Source: Octopus sinensis (lineage: Eukaryota). Taken from it: a stretch of 64,000 bases of DNA. Both the position numbers and the translations under genes were made by a program. The notes under the pieces were generated by a model. It saw nothing but the letters and a program-made list of their open reading frames with translations, was not told the DNA's origin and did not search any database. Shown here one piece after another: positions 1 to 11,112 of this stretch. The stretch lies in the NCBI RefSeq assembly GCF_006345805.1, contig NC_042999.1, positions 163,742,001-163,806,000 on the forward strand, read 5' to 3'. The stretch's first letter is position 1. Each line of letters starts with the position of its first letter.

Positions 1-679
1 AATTTTTCAAAAGACTGATTACACAGGATGAAACCTGGGTCCATCACTATGATTCAGAGACTAAAGCCCAGTCAATGCAGTGGAAGCACCGTGACTCACC
101 TCCTCCAAAGAAGGCAAGGGTGCAGCCCTCCGCTGGCAAGGTCATGCTCACAGTCTTCTGGGACCAGGACGGAGTAGTGATGACAGATTTCCTGGCAAAG
201 GGTACCACAATTACAGGAGCCTATTATGCTTCACTTTTGAGGAAATTATGAGAAGCTATCAAAATCAAGAGGTGGGGCAAGATCAGCAAAGGCATCCTCC
301 TCCTGCAGGACAACTCGCGTCCACAACTCGCGTGTCGCCAGATCAGAAGCACAGGCGTGCTGCTATGAACTCCTCCCTCATCCCCCCTACGCTCCTGACC
401 TTGCACTCTCTGATTTTCACCTCTTCCCAGCTATGAAGTTTTTTTTGAAAGGAAAGCATTTCACAGATGATGCAGCCTTGATTTCTAAAGTCACGTCGTG
501 GTTGGAGGACCAAGCTGGGGTCTTCTACAAAAACGGTCTCCAGCGCTGCATCAAACGATGGCAGAAATGCGTAACTCTGGGTTGTTCCTATGTAGAAAAA
601 GACTAATAACTGTGCCAAGTTTCGTTGCTCTACTGCTATGGGAAGTGGGTCAGGGGCATTACTTATTGAACGCCCCTCG
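1..679 (+). mobile_element. Mariner transposon (irritans-like family), 3' half, defective
   Basis: Translates as ITQDETWVHHYDSETKAQSMQWKH...KVMLTVFWD...LLQDN, with an in-frame TGA. It ends in the TIR AAGTAATGCCCCTGACCCACTT region (...ACTTATTGAACGCCCCTCG) followed by TA at 680-681. Same family as 19102 and 34734. Confidence 0.92.
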
Positions 680-782
680 TATATACGTTTATACACTCAC
701 TTATCCCAAAACATATGAACCGCAGTTTTCCGTGCATGATGAATATTATTCTTTCCTACTCAAAGCACAAGAACCGAAATTT

Positions 783-965
783 TTGGGGAGGGGGACAGTC
801 GATTAGATAGACTCCAATACGCAATTGGTTCTTAATTTATCGACCCCGAAAAGATGAAAGGCAAAGTCGACCTTGGCTGAATTTGATCTCAGAACGTAAA
901 GACGGACGAAATACCGCCAGGTATTTCGCCCGGCGTGCTAACGTTTCTGCCAGCTCGCCACCTTG
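783..965 (-). mobile_element. tRNA-derived SINE, family B (GCCTTTCATC core)
   Basis: Minus strand reads GGCGAGCTGGCAGAAACGTTAGCACG (A box) ...GTTCTGAGATCAAATTC (B-box-like) ...GTCGACTTTGCCTTTCATC...GTCGATAAATTAAG. Related copies lie at about 15200, 28000, 29200 and 32270. Confidence 0.75.
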
Positions 966-1155
966 CATGATGAATAATGCTAGAAAAAGCTGATTGCTTT
1001 GAGGTTCCGCAGTTCTTTTATAGATGCAGATTAATTTTCGATTGTATTCTTCATTAGGAATGAAATTAAACCAGTCTATGACTTCAAGAATGTTTCCCTA
1101 CAATGGCTGAGGTGAAGCTTCTCTAAATGTTGGTTTGAATATGATTTCGTAGAGT

Positions 1156-1246
1156 TTATAAGTCTAAACGATCTTTTAATTCTGACTTGTCCTCAAATTC
1201 TGAATTATCCTCAAATTCTGATTTGTCCTTACATTCTGTTTTAGTC
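1156..1246 (-). CDS. Candidate terminal coding exon with 6-aa repeats (unverified)
   Basis: Minus-strand acceptor CTCCTTCATTTTACATTTAAG|G, then TKTECKDKSEFEDNSEFEDKSELKDRLDL*. It contains an 18-nt tandem repeat. No upstream partner exon was identified. Confidence 0.2.
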
Positions 1247-3599
1247 CTTAAATGTAAAATGAAGGAGTGTTGGTAGAAGAGGCTTTCTGCTGTCGCCAAT
1301 GGAGATGCTGTTATCAAGCATTCTTTTCCGATGGTGTTATTAAGCGTTGGTATCAAATTATTTTTTTTTGTGTTTGCTCGTGACCACATTAGAAGCAACA
1401 CATGAGTTTGCATACTAAAAAACCCCGTACAGATTTTCCATTTTCTCCCTCCCAACCTCTCTCTCTCTCTTTCTCTCTCTGTCTGTCACTCTCTCTCTGT
1501 ATATATATATATCGATTAGATGTTTATGTTACGATTTTCAAAGGATATAAAAAGTTTGTCACTGATGGAGATCTATTAGACTTAAAACTAAAGTGTTCAT
1601 CAATTCTAGTTGATTTCTGTGTTTTAGGAGGAGATACTCTATTAGAGATGTTTGAAAGATATATACGAGGGTAATGGTGGTGACAACGACGATACTAACA
1701 GCAATAGTAGTTATAAGTGTTTATATTGTGAAGTAATGTAAGAAGTCAGACATTAGAAGACGGGAGAAAAGAAAAGCTAAAAGTCAAACGAGTGCTTTTA
1801 AAAACTAAAATTCTGTAGGGAATAGATCAGAACACATATCGCCATCTTACTTCTAGTGCAATTACCAATAAGTAAACAAAAAAGAGAAACTACTAAAAAA
1901 ACGCTTAACGATCTCAAACGGAAACAAATATTGTATTGCCACTCAACGCCGACAACTGTACAGCACTCTTTCCACCAATACCTCCTTACTTTACCTTCAA
2001 TGACTATACCGGTATTTTAAATCAAATACTTAGGCTCGTAAACCTGACGAAATCTGATATTAGCAGTATATTTAATAAGTCTTTCGATGATTCAAAAGAA
2101 TTGAAAGGCTTTACTTCAGTTCTGGCACGACACAAGACAACGAATAACTTCCTTACTTTAGAACTTTCACTTATTCATCTTCTATATTACTCTACTTATT
2201 TCCATATTTATTTGTTTTTCGTTTAAGTGTTTTATAACTATTTTAACACAATGGTCCAATATTTACCATTGATGATGATGAAATTGAAAGTTATCACTAA
2301 CAAACTCTAGAATTGTAATCTCACTAATTAACTAATCCATTAACTTTGATACTTCTATTTATTAATATTCATCTTATTTATTTTATCCATTTTCCATTTC
2401 GGATCTGTTTCTTCTCACTTTTCTGTTAATAATTGCCTCACTTCAATGACTTTTACAGATATCTATTTATATATTTTGCTCTGTCTCATTAAATATTACA
2501 CACATGCGCGCACATATACACGCGCACAGGCACACACTTATACTTTTCATTCCAAATTATAATCTCAATGTAGCTAGAGGTCAACTTTTTTAGGCCAGTC
2601 CTTAATACTACTCTACACTTTACTCTTCGCCATATTTTTTTATACATTTACATAATTAGGATAAACGACTTTCTGAGAAACCGTTTGGCAGACAAATTCT
2701 AGTTTACAATAACCCTTAGTCTTCCAAACCCTGCTGTATGACACACGTATGTAGATCAATATACACAGCATCTCAATACTACATCAAATACAGCTGCACA
2801 CTACACCAATATAGATTTCATTTCACAGCAACACACGACATGCTTCTGTACAATGCTAGTCACTCCTTAACACTGCACGGCAACATTGCATCACGCTAAT
2901 TCTTGCTGCACAATGTATCTCAACATGCACTTCATCACATTAAAATACATTGTACTTTTCATCTCTCTCTCTCTCTCTACTGTATATTCACACTACACAC
3001 TTTATCCTGCACGCTACACATTGCACACTGCATAGCAAATATACTTCTCTCTACTACATATTACAATCTGTTTAGGTGATAAACTTCATCTATTGACCGG
3101 TTTAGTAGCACCGCTTGACCTTTGGATACCTCTTGACCTTTGGATACCTTTAACGGAAGCATTTGGGCCAAGTCTGCAATCCTTCTTCTCTCACTTCCGT
3201 CAGTTACGGAGACTCTGTAAAGCGTTATGGAAACTGGCTTTCCTTCTGACTAAGAGATAAAAGTCCTCTGCGTGTTCTTTCATTCTAATGCTCTCAGCCA
3301 AATTCCAAGAACGAACGAAATGCGTCTACTCTTGTAAGAGTTAATAAATATATACTTCTACTTCAATTTATGTAGGGTTTATATAGGATTCTTTTCTTTA
3401 TAGCCTGCTTTAAGTAAGGCAGAGTTATAACTATTGATATTAATTCTACCTCTACTAATCAGGACATGAAAACACGTCATAACGGTAATAATAATATAAA
3501 GTTTAGTTCGAATAACAACGCTAAATCGAAAAATGTAATTTTGCAGCGTAAGGGAGATAAGCGTTCTTTAAGTCCCTTTTTACGTATTAAAAGTTAATC

Positions 3600-4640
3600 T
3601 AGGATTTTTAAAAAGAATTACCCTAACAACAAGGTATGTCCTAGTAAAACTGTTTCGTTGATAATCCCCTATGGTAAAAAGATCAAATCCAACTTCTCTT
3701 ACCTGTTTCGTGAAGCCATAGATAAAAATTTCCCCAAAAATTCAAGATACCATTCCATTATCAATTCACACCGAATTAGAATAGGGTTTTCAAACACCAA
3801 AAACCTTTCACAAATCATCTCTTCGCATAACGATAAGTTGTTAAATACAAATCAACTTAATGAAAATAACATTGATATTATTAACACTAACCATTCTTTG
3901 AAAAATAATAATAATATAAATTCGAATCGCGTTCATTTCCTTAGCAGTAATCCTAAGACTAGAAACTCTGTTTATCAATGTAAAATTACTTCCAGTTGTC
4001 CAGAAGAATATCTAGCCATTACTCTACATTTAATCATATCAATAAACGTAACAATACTGGGCTTAGGAAATTAATTTGGTTTGGAATGGAATATTCTATC
4101 TAGATCCTTTCCATATGATAAAGGTTAATCTTTTTGTCCGCTCTGCAACGAAGAACAATATCTCATTCTGTTCTCGGAGAATTCTCCTGTAAACACGTTT
4201 AAAGAACTCGTTTATCGTTGCAAACATTGGCAAAAACATGCTTTTAGTTCCTATAAGTCATTTCTAACAACCTATAAAGTTCAAACTTTAACTGTCTTCT
4301 TACATTTCATTTCCACTACATATATCTGTTGCCATTCATCTATCGCACTATATTTCTCCAATCTTAATTTTCTGCTAATTTCTTTCTTTCTCCTCCTCTT
4401 TCTCTAAATTACCTTTGACGTTAAATCTATTAACGCTTTTTAAAGAAAATAACTTGCCAGCGTTCCCCTTCATCATATATGCAGTAATCACATTCGGTTA
4501 AAATGGTTTATTGATGTGTTTTGTTTCTCTTTTTTTCCCTGACGAGATGATTGCATTGTTTTACATCATTTTATTCCCCTCGGAGTAATATCAATGATTT
4601 CTTCGGAACATATGTCGGAAGTATAAAGATTTGAATAAAA
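3600..4640 (+). mobile_element. Penelope-like retroelement 3' fragment (RT thumb/linker, GIY-YIG C-terminus, 3' tail)
   Basis: IPYGKKIKSNFSYLFREAIDKNFPKNSRYHSIINSHRIRIGFSNTKNLSQIISSHNDKLL, then LEWNILSRSFPYDKG*..CPLCNEEQYLIL...CKHWQKH. These are typical PLE linker and endonuclease motifs, followed by a hammerhead-like motif. Confidence 0.78.
4528..4628 (+). ncRNA. Degenerate type I hammerhead ribozyme (probably inactive)
   Basis: CTGACGA at 4539-4545 and CGGAACATATGTC at 4604-4616 (GAAA mutated to GGAA). It has palindromic stem III ACATATGT and a GUC site. Stem I pairs TTTTCC with GGAAG. Confidence 0.55.
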
Positions 4641-4759
4641 CCTGCGTTTGACTCCATTTCTTAATTTATCTATGTTATACAAAAACATTTCACTTAACCC
4701 TGGAATTTCTACCTTTATAAGTAGGCTGTAATACCCTTGGGACTTATGAGAATTTTTGC

Positions 4760-5149
4760 TACTCTTTTACTTGTTTCAGTCATTTGACTGTGGCTATGCT
4801 GGATCACCGCCTTTAGTCGAGCAAATCGACCCCAGGACTTATTCTTTGTAAGCCTAGTACTTATTCTGTCGGTCTCTTTGCCGAACCGCTGAGTTACGTG
4901 GACGTAACACACCAGCATCGGTTGTCAAGCGATTTTGGGGGACAAACACAGACACACAAACATATACACACACACAAACACATATAAATTTATACATATA
5001 TACGACGGGCTTCTTTTAGTTTCCGTCTGCCAAATCCACTCACAATGCTTTGGTCGGCCCGTGGCTATAGTAGAAGACACTTGCCACGCAGTGGGGCTGA
5101 ACCTGGAAACATGTGGTAAGCTACTTACCACACAACTACTCCTACGCCT
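4760..5149 (-). mobile_element. tRNA-derived SINE, family A (internal microsatellite), near full length
   Basis: Minus strand has head AGGCGTAGGAGTAGTTGTGTGG / CAGGTTCAGCCCC, an internal (TG/TA) tract and tail ...CAGCATAGCCACAGTCAAATGACTGAAACAAGTAAAAGAGT. Multiple copies occur in the window. Confidence 0.85.
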
Positions 5150-5224
5150 GGTAACTATTTATTTGTTTTTTTCCGTTTTATTTGTACACATTGAAAAATA
5201 CACACCCACCCACCCACCTACACA

Positions 5225-5475
5225 CACACACACATATGTTTGTGTGTGCGTGTATGTGTTTGTGTATATGTATTTGTCCCCTCACCATCGCTTGACATCC
5301 GATGCTGGTGTATTTACGTCTCCGTAACATAGCGGTTCGGCAAAAGAGAACCGATAGAATAAGGACTAGGCTTACAAAGAATGAGTCCTGGCGTCGATTT
5401 GTTCAACTAAAGGCGGTACTCCAGCATGGCCGCAGTTAAATGACTGAAACAAAGAAAAGATAAAAAAGCAAAAGA
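5225..5475 (+). mobile_element. SINE family A, 3' half
   Basis: GTCCCCTCACCATCGCTTGAC...GGCGGTACTCCAGCATGGCCGCAGTTAAATGACTGAAAC plus A-rich tail. It is inverted relative to the flanking copies. Confidence 0.8.
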
Positions 5476-5607
5476 GATAAAAAAGCAAAACAATAAACAA
5501 ATAAATAAATAATAAAAAAGATTGTAATAATAATAAAAATTGAGATTCTCACAATTAAATAAGTAGAAGTTAAATAACCATATAGATTTGGATACTTATT
5601 AAATATA

Positions 5608-6009
5608 TACTCTTTTACTCTTTTACTCTTTTACTTGTTTCAGTCATTTGACTGCGGCCATGCTGGAGCACCACCTTTTAGTCGAGCAAATCGACACCGG
5701 GACTTATTCTTTGTAAGCCCAGTACTTATTCTATCGGTCTCTTTTGCCGAACCGCTAAGTGACGGGGATGTAAACACACCAGCATCGGTTGTCAAGCAAT
5801 GCTAGGGGGACAAACACACACATACATATATATATACATATACACGACGGGCTTCTTTTCAGTTTCCGTCTACCAAATCCACTCACAAGGTATTGGTCGG
5901 CCCGGGGCTATAACAGAAGACACTTGCCCAAGATGCCACGCAGTGGGACTAAACCCGGAACCATGTGGTTGGTTAGCAAGCTACTTACCACACAGCCACT
6001 CCTGCGCCT
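5608..6009 (-). mobile_element. SINE family A, full length
   Basis: Minus strand head AGGCGCAGGAGTGGCTGTGTGG (A box), GGTTTAGTCCC (B-box-like) and a tail of (GTAAAAGA) repeats. Confidence 0.9.
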
Positions 6010-6391
6010 ATATATATATATTTATTTTTATTTTTTATCCTGAAAAGGGAGAAGGAAGGGGGTGGCAGCCAACTTCTAAAAGAAAAGCGATATAAATTCC
6101 ATTATGTGTGACCTAGTTCTTCAAGACTGCAACTCGCCATTGCTCACTATGGCCGTAGTTTAACATCTAGCTATTTTTAGAACGAAATCCAAAGACACAC
6201 ATGCTAACACACACAAGCACACATACACATGCTGCTATGCAGTATGTAAGAAGCTCTCCATTCATTAGGATGTAGATGAATATATATGAATATATGTAAT
6301 TTTGTCCTAAAGAGATTTTTACCTTTTAAATTGATAATGCAATTTTAATTGTTAAATATGAAAGAAGGTGGGAATTTAAATGTGCATAGGC

Positions 6392-6427
<36 letters not shown>

Positions 6428-6606
6428 TTGAATGAATTATCTTAGTATGGATAATTCGGTTAACCGATACCTGGGTAGCAAATTCACGTCAGAAAAACAC
6501 GGTTGAAGCTACATGCCAAGGGCAGAGGTCACGTGCTTTCGTGTGGAAATTTGTGTTTTTTTAATACAAATAAATGAAAGAATGGAGTTGAACGACGATT
6601 TAACAA

Positions 6607-6709
6607 AATTCCTTTATTCTCGACATATGTTTCGAAAGCTGCATATTCCTAATTTCGAAGGAATAAGGGGTGCATTATGCCGCCTTCTCATCAGGAAAAA
6701 CAAGGAACT
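6607..6709 (-). ncRNA. Type I hammerhead ribozyme, canonical core
   Basis: Minus strand GTTCCTTGTTTTTC-CTGATGA-GAAGGC...GCTTTC-GAAA-CATATGTC^GAGAATAAAGGAA. Stem I is 5 bp + 2x2 loop + 6 bp, stem II is closed by GAAGGC/GCUUUC, stem III is palindromic. Predicted cleavage between 6622 and 6621. Confidence 0.8.
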
Positions 6710-7579
6710 TATGTCAGCATCAAGATGAACAAAAACTTTTAGATGACTGCCCACATGGAGCCCATAGCGATAATGAGTGTTTCTTTAAAATATTCCGTTA
6801 TAAGCAGTGACGTCAAAATGGCTGAATGCAGAAGATTCTAGAAGGTTCAAGCTGGAATGGTCCATATTGTCTGTATCCTTTCCGTTTGATAAGGGCAGAA
6901 AATTTTGTGGCGTCTGTAATTCCGAACTTTTCCATATATTGTTCGCCAAATTCCCTTTAATAAATACAATGATTGAAAAATCATATAGGTGCATGCACTG
7001 GCAGAAACACACCTTTCACTCATATGAATGATGATTAATATAGATAACATCCTTGAATTTTAATAATTTGGTTCCTTTTATACATCACCCCCATAGACAA
7101 ATTTTTATACTCATAAAGGACTTCTACCAAATTTCGTTGAGGTAGGTTTTACCTTTGTCTCTCTACCTCGACCTCCTCTCTCTCTCTTTCCCTCTCTCTA
7201 TCGTAAGCACAATCAAACACACAGACACAAACCTGTCACTTCACCACTGTTTGTTTTTGGCATCCACCCAACCACACACACAATCACGCACACACATAGA
7301 CACGAATGCAGTTATATACATACACACATACAGGCACTCAATCACAAAAGAAAACAACAACAAATCACCATTCATATGACTTGCACCCTGTCACCTTCCT
7401 ATTCTTAGACCTCTCTCCTCCTACCTTGTTTGAACCCTTGAACCTTCTAGAATCTTCTGCATTCAGCCATTTTAACGTCACTGCTTATAACAGAATATTT
7501 TAAAGAAACACTCATTATCGCTATGGGCTCCGTGTGGGCTGTCATCTAAAAGTTTTTGTTCATCTTGATGCTGACATAA

Positions 7580-7680
7580 GTTCCTTGTATTTCCTGATGA
7601 GAAGGCGGCATAATGCACCCCTTATTCCTTAGAAATTAGGAATATGCAGTCTTCGAAACATATGTCAAGAATAAAGGAAT
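7580..7680 (+). ncRNA. Type I hammerhead ribozyme, canonical core
   Basis: CTGATGA at 7594-7600, stem II GAAGGC/GTCTTC (7601-7654), GAAA at 7655-7658 and GUC at 7664-7666. The first stem I pair is an A.C mismatch in this copy. Confidence 0.74.
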
Positions 7681-7727
7681 TTTGTTAAATCGTCGTTCAA
7701 CTCCATTCTTTCATTTACATATATATA

Positions 7728-8573
7728 CTAGCAGAATTGCCCGGCGTTGCTCGGGGCTGAATTGCTTGAAAGTACTGTTAATGATTGCACTGAATTATGA
7801 TGATTATTCAGGCAAATATTGATATAAGCTTACGGTGGGAGATAAGGACTTAACGATCAAACGTGTGCCATTGCATTGTTTTGGGGGAACCAAATTTCTG
7901 ATGAGCATTATAGGGGCACCAACTTTAAGTTTGAGAAAGTGTGGTGGTAGTCCGGGGTGCTCAAAGGAATTGAGTACCTCTATTGGATAGTTGATGACGT
8001 CCTCTGGGTCAGGAGTTGTATTGATAGACTGATATACATAGACTTCCCCAGGAATGAGTTTTAGCATTTCATCATTAATATGGTGAACAGTTTTATTCCT
8101 CGGGGCCAGTATAGCCTTTTTGCCAATCCAATCCATATTCTGATAATTAGCTTGTAGATCTGGGAACACTGCATCTCTGAGATCAGAAGGTGTCTTAACA
8201 ATGGTACAAATGGAATCGATGGCAATATTACCATTTTCATCCCCTGGTATTTTGCCTTCGCCAAGTGCAAGGAGGGTGTGAGGAAATGCTGCTGATGTGA
8301 TATTACGTCGCATATGAGCACGCATATTGGTGTGAAGTTTGAGAGTTACTTCCGTTTATTAAAAAAAATATGCATTAAAATGGAAAAAAATGATGGTAAA
8401 TTATTTGTAAAATCATAGACTCATCGTAGACGCGCGCTAATACCCAGAAGGGCTCGATATGAATCACGACTATAAGATACCCGGTTTTGGTTAAACTGCA
8501 TCGCAAAATGTGGGAGTAGTTAGGAATCTAAATCGGAGCAGACAGACACACAACCTTTCTTTTATATATAAAT
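7728..8573 (-). mobile_element. Non-autonomous Helitron carrying a helicase fragment
   Basis: Minus-strand 3' end CCCGAGCAACGCCGGG hairpin + AATTCTGCTAG|T. The 5' about 170 bp match the 11113 copy, although the TC terminus is degenerate. Confidence 0.9.
7804..8325 (-). pseudogene. Helitron RepHel PIF1-like helicase fragment
   Basis: KAILAPRNKTVHHINDEML...YPIEVLNSFEHPGLPPHFLKLKVGAPIMLIRNLVPPKQCNGTRLIVKSL, characteristic PIF1-family motifs of Helitron helicases. Confidence 0.87.
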
Positions 8574-8576
8574 ATT

Positions 8577-9085
8577 TTCGTCCTAAAAAACTTTGTATGG
8601 ATTGAATGGTTACCTCTATGGAAATATATACACGCACATTATACATACATGTGTGCATAGATGAATATATAAATACATTTATATATCTATATACACTTTT
8701 GGGCGATCTTTGTGCTACTTAGAGATAACTTTAGATCTTATTTTCGTCCTAAAAAACTTTGTGCGGAGTGAATAGTTACGTGTATGGAAATATATACACA
8801 CACATTATACATACATCTGTGTATAGATGAATATATAAATACATTTAAATATCTATATACACTTTTGGGCGATCTTTCTGCTACTTGTATATACTTTAGA
8901 TCTTATATTCGTCCTAAAAAACTTTGTATGGAGTGAAAGGTTACCTCTATGGAAATATATACACACACATTATACATACATCTGTGTATAGATGAATATA
9001 TAAATACATTTAAATATCTATATACACTTTTGGGCGATCTTTCTGCTACTTGGATATAGGTCTTATATTCGTCCTAAAAAACTTT
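8577..9085. repeat. Tandem repeat, unit about 165 bp, about 3 copies
   Basis: TCGTCCTAAAAAACTT recurs at about 8578, 8744, 8908 and 9069, with near-identical intervening sequence. Confidence 0.9.
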
Positions 9086-9289
9086 TCTGTCACACACTCA
9101 CGCACACGCACACACACACACACAAACACACGCACCCTCACACACACACACACTCACACACACGCACACACACACGTTAGCTTACAATTTTATTTATATA
9201 TTTGCGTGTCTATGTGTGTAAAGAGGAAGTGGCAGAGTGAAAGAGTCACTCACTACAAAAAGTGAATTACTTTCACTTTATTCGTTGCA

Positions 9290-9535
9290 CACTGTGTGTG
9301 TGCGTGTGCGTGTGGTGTAGGCCACAGTAAGAGAAGCATTTGATTTATACACCACAATGTGAGTTTTCTCTAAATTTTGCTTAATTGGGGTTGAAATTTT
9401 AAAAACTGGACCTGGCACGACCCGATGCATTCTACTCTTAAAAATGCTAGGTAAATTGTAATTGAAGAAATCCTATATTGTAGATTTCTATAAGATACAA
9501 AGGAAGGCAGATAAAATCTGCCTTTTATAATAAGA
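9290..9535 (-). mobile_element. Probable Helitron 5' module (orphan)
   Basis: Minus strand starts A|TCTTATTATAAAAGGCAGATTTTATCTGCC next to (TA)n. It is an inverted copy of 10025-10270. Confidence 0.55.
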
Positions 9536-9537
9536 TA

Positions 9538-9583
<46 letters not shown>

Positions 9584-10024
9584 ATACAAATAAGACGATG
9601 GAGAAACAAATTTGTTTTGTTCATCAAGTTACGGATATTATAATGTTGGATTATTTATTCATTTTACAAATGAGAACATCAAAAGAATACGAAATATTAT
9701 ATAAATCAATAGATAAGATAATAATACAAATACAGATTTTAAAAGTCATATTATAAATTATTGAAATCCATAAACTACTTCTTATAGCTGTTTCAGCCTA
9801 TGGTCAAAAGTGAATCTAATTGGTTTCTCCATTTTCTTATTTGTATTATAAATTTACGGTAAAAATATTTCTTTACCTTCACCCGTTTAATACAATAAAT
9901 GAATTAATTGCATTGCAATTAAAAACATTTATGTATTAAGACTTTGGGTACTTTACCAACAGTATATTGGATAATTGATATCCCATAGTGGGTTACACCC
10001 CTATCTTACTTTGTACTATATATA

Positions 10025-10270
10025 TCTCTTATTATAAAAGGCAGATTTTATCTGCCTCCCTTTGTAACTTATAGAAATCTACAATATAGGATTTCTTCAA
10101 TTACAATTTACCTAGCATTTTTAAGAGTAGAATGCATCGGGTCATGCCAGGTCCAGTTTTTAAAATTTAAACTCCAATTAAGCAAAATTTACAGAAAACT
10201 CACATTCTGGTGTGTATGTCAAATGTTTTTCTTAATGTGGTTTACACCACACGCAAACGCACACACACAC
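10025..10270 (+). mobile_element. Probable Helitron 5' module (orphan)
   Basis: A|TCTCTTATTATAAAAGGCAGATTTTATCTGCC..., about 245 bp homologous to 9290-9535 in the opposite orientation. Confidence 0.55.
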
Positions 10271-10329
10271 AAAGGGAGCGAATTGTTTCACTGACGCTAT
10301 CACCCTTCTCCTCCTTTGTCTTTGCAAGT

Positions 10330-11004
10330 TTGCAGCTATTAAAGTGAAAACAGTGAATCCGACAGCGATTAAGAAAATGAATTGGTACCTGAATGGAGTG
10401 AAAATTTAAAAACTGTTTCTTTCGGTGATTTTTCTGAAGAAACTGCACCAAGCCACAGACTTTCCCAGAAGAGTAAAGCTTTAGACTATTTCTATTTACT
10501 TTTTCGAATGAGCCCATTTGAAATCATTACGGCAGAAACGAAACGTTACGCTAAACGTAAACAAAACGAAAGAAAGGATAGTTTGTTATTTCCCACAACC
10601 TTAAATGAAATTAAGGCCTATTTTGCCATAAATATTATTATGGGTATCAGAAAGTTACCCAGAATAACAAATTCTATCGTAAAATTTTGTTGTATACCCA
10701 ATTGAATATTAGCTAATAACCCATTTTCTATAGCGATGTTTGAACAAAATTTTAATAATTTTATATATTGTTGAATTTACCTGTATCTACCTGCAATTAG
10801 AGTCACTTTGTGACAAAAATTATAGTATAGAATTGGTTGAGGACATTTCATTAAATTATCTTCCAAAATTCACGTTAATATATTGATAAATAAAAAAGTT
10901 ATTGTTGTTTAATGAAACCAGACTAAATTTATGATTACGTTAGAAATTAATTGAAACACATAAGGGGTGTATTTTGGTCAGAAATATAGTAACGAAAGGG
11001 TTAA
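10330..11004 (+). mobile_element. piggyBac-like remnant (transposase N-terminal fragment plus right end)
   Basis: Acidic ENSESDSD, then WSENLKTVSFGDFSEETAPSHRL...ALDYFYLLF...IITAETKRYA...PTTLNEIKAYFAINIIMGIRKLPRI (DDE_Tnp_1_7-like). The terminus is ...GTAACGAAAGGG|TTAA at 11000-11004. No left end found. Confidence 0.7.
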
Positions 11005-11112
11005 GAAAAACCAAAAAATATTTTATTCTTTATAAATGTTGTATTCAAAATAACATTTTCTTTTAAGAATGTGTATATAACAAAGTATGTGTATATAACT
11101 ACGTGACTTATA

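Larger units (their letters stand above)
6446..7717 (+). mobile_element. 5'-truncated Penelope-like element with inverted terminal repeat at its 5' end
   Basis: GIY-YIG C-terminal fragment FKLEWSILSVSFPFDKGRKFCGVCNSELFHILF...CMHWQKH at about 6846-7031. Arms 6571-6851 and 7437-7717 form an inverted repeat of about 280 bp, each carrying a hammerhead motif. Flanked by (TA)n. Confidence 0.85.

Noticed and set aside
3115-3148. Two TGACCTTTG nuclear-receptor-like sites
   Set aside because: Explained by a simple 18-bp tandem duplication that includes the flanks.
8577-9085. CRISPR-like appearance of regularly spaced repeats
   Set aside because: The units are contiguous and near-identical, with no unique spacers and no cas genes, in a eukaryotic context.
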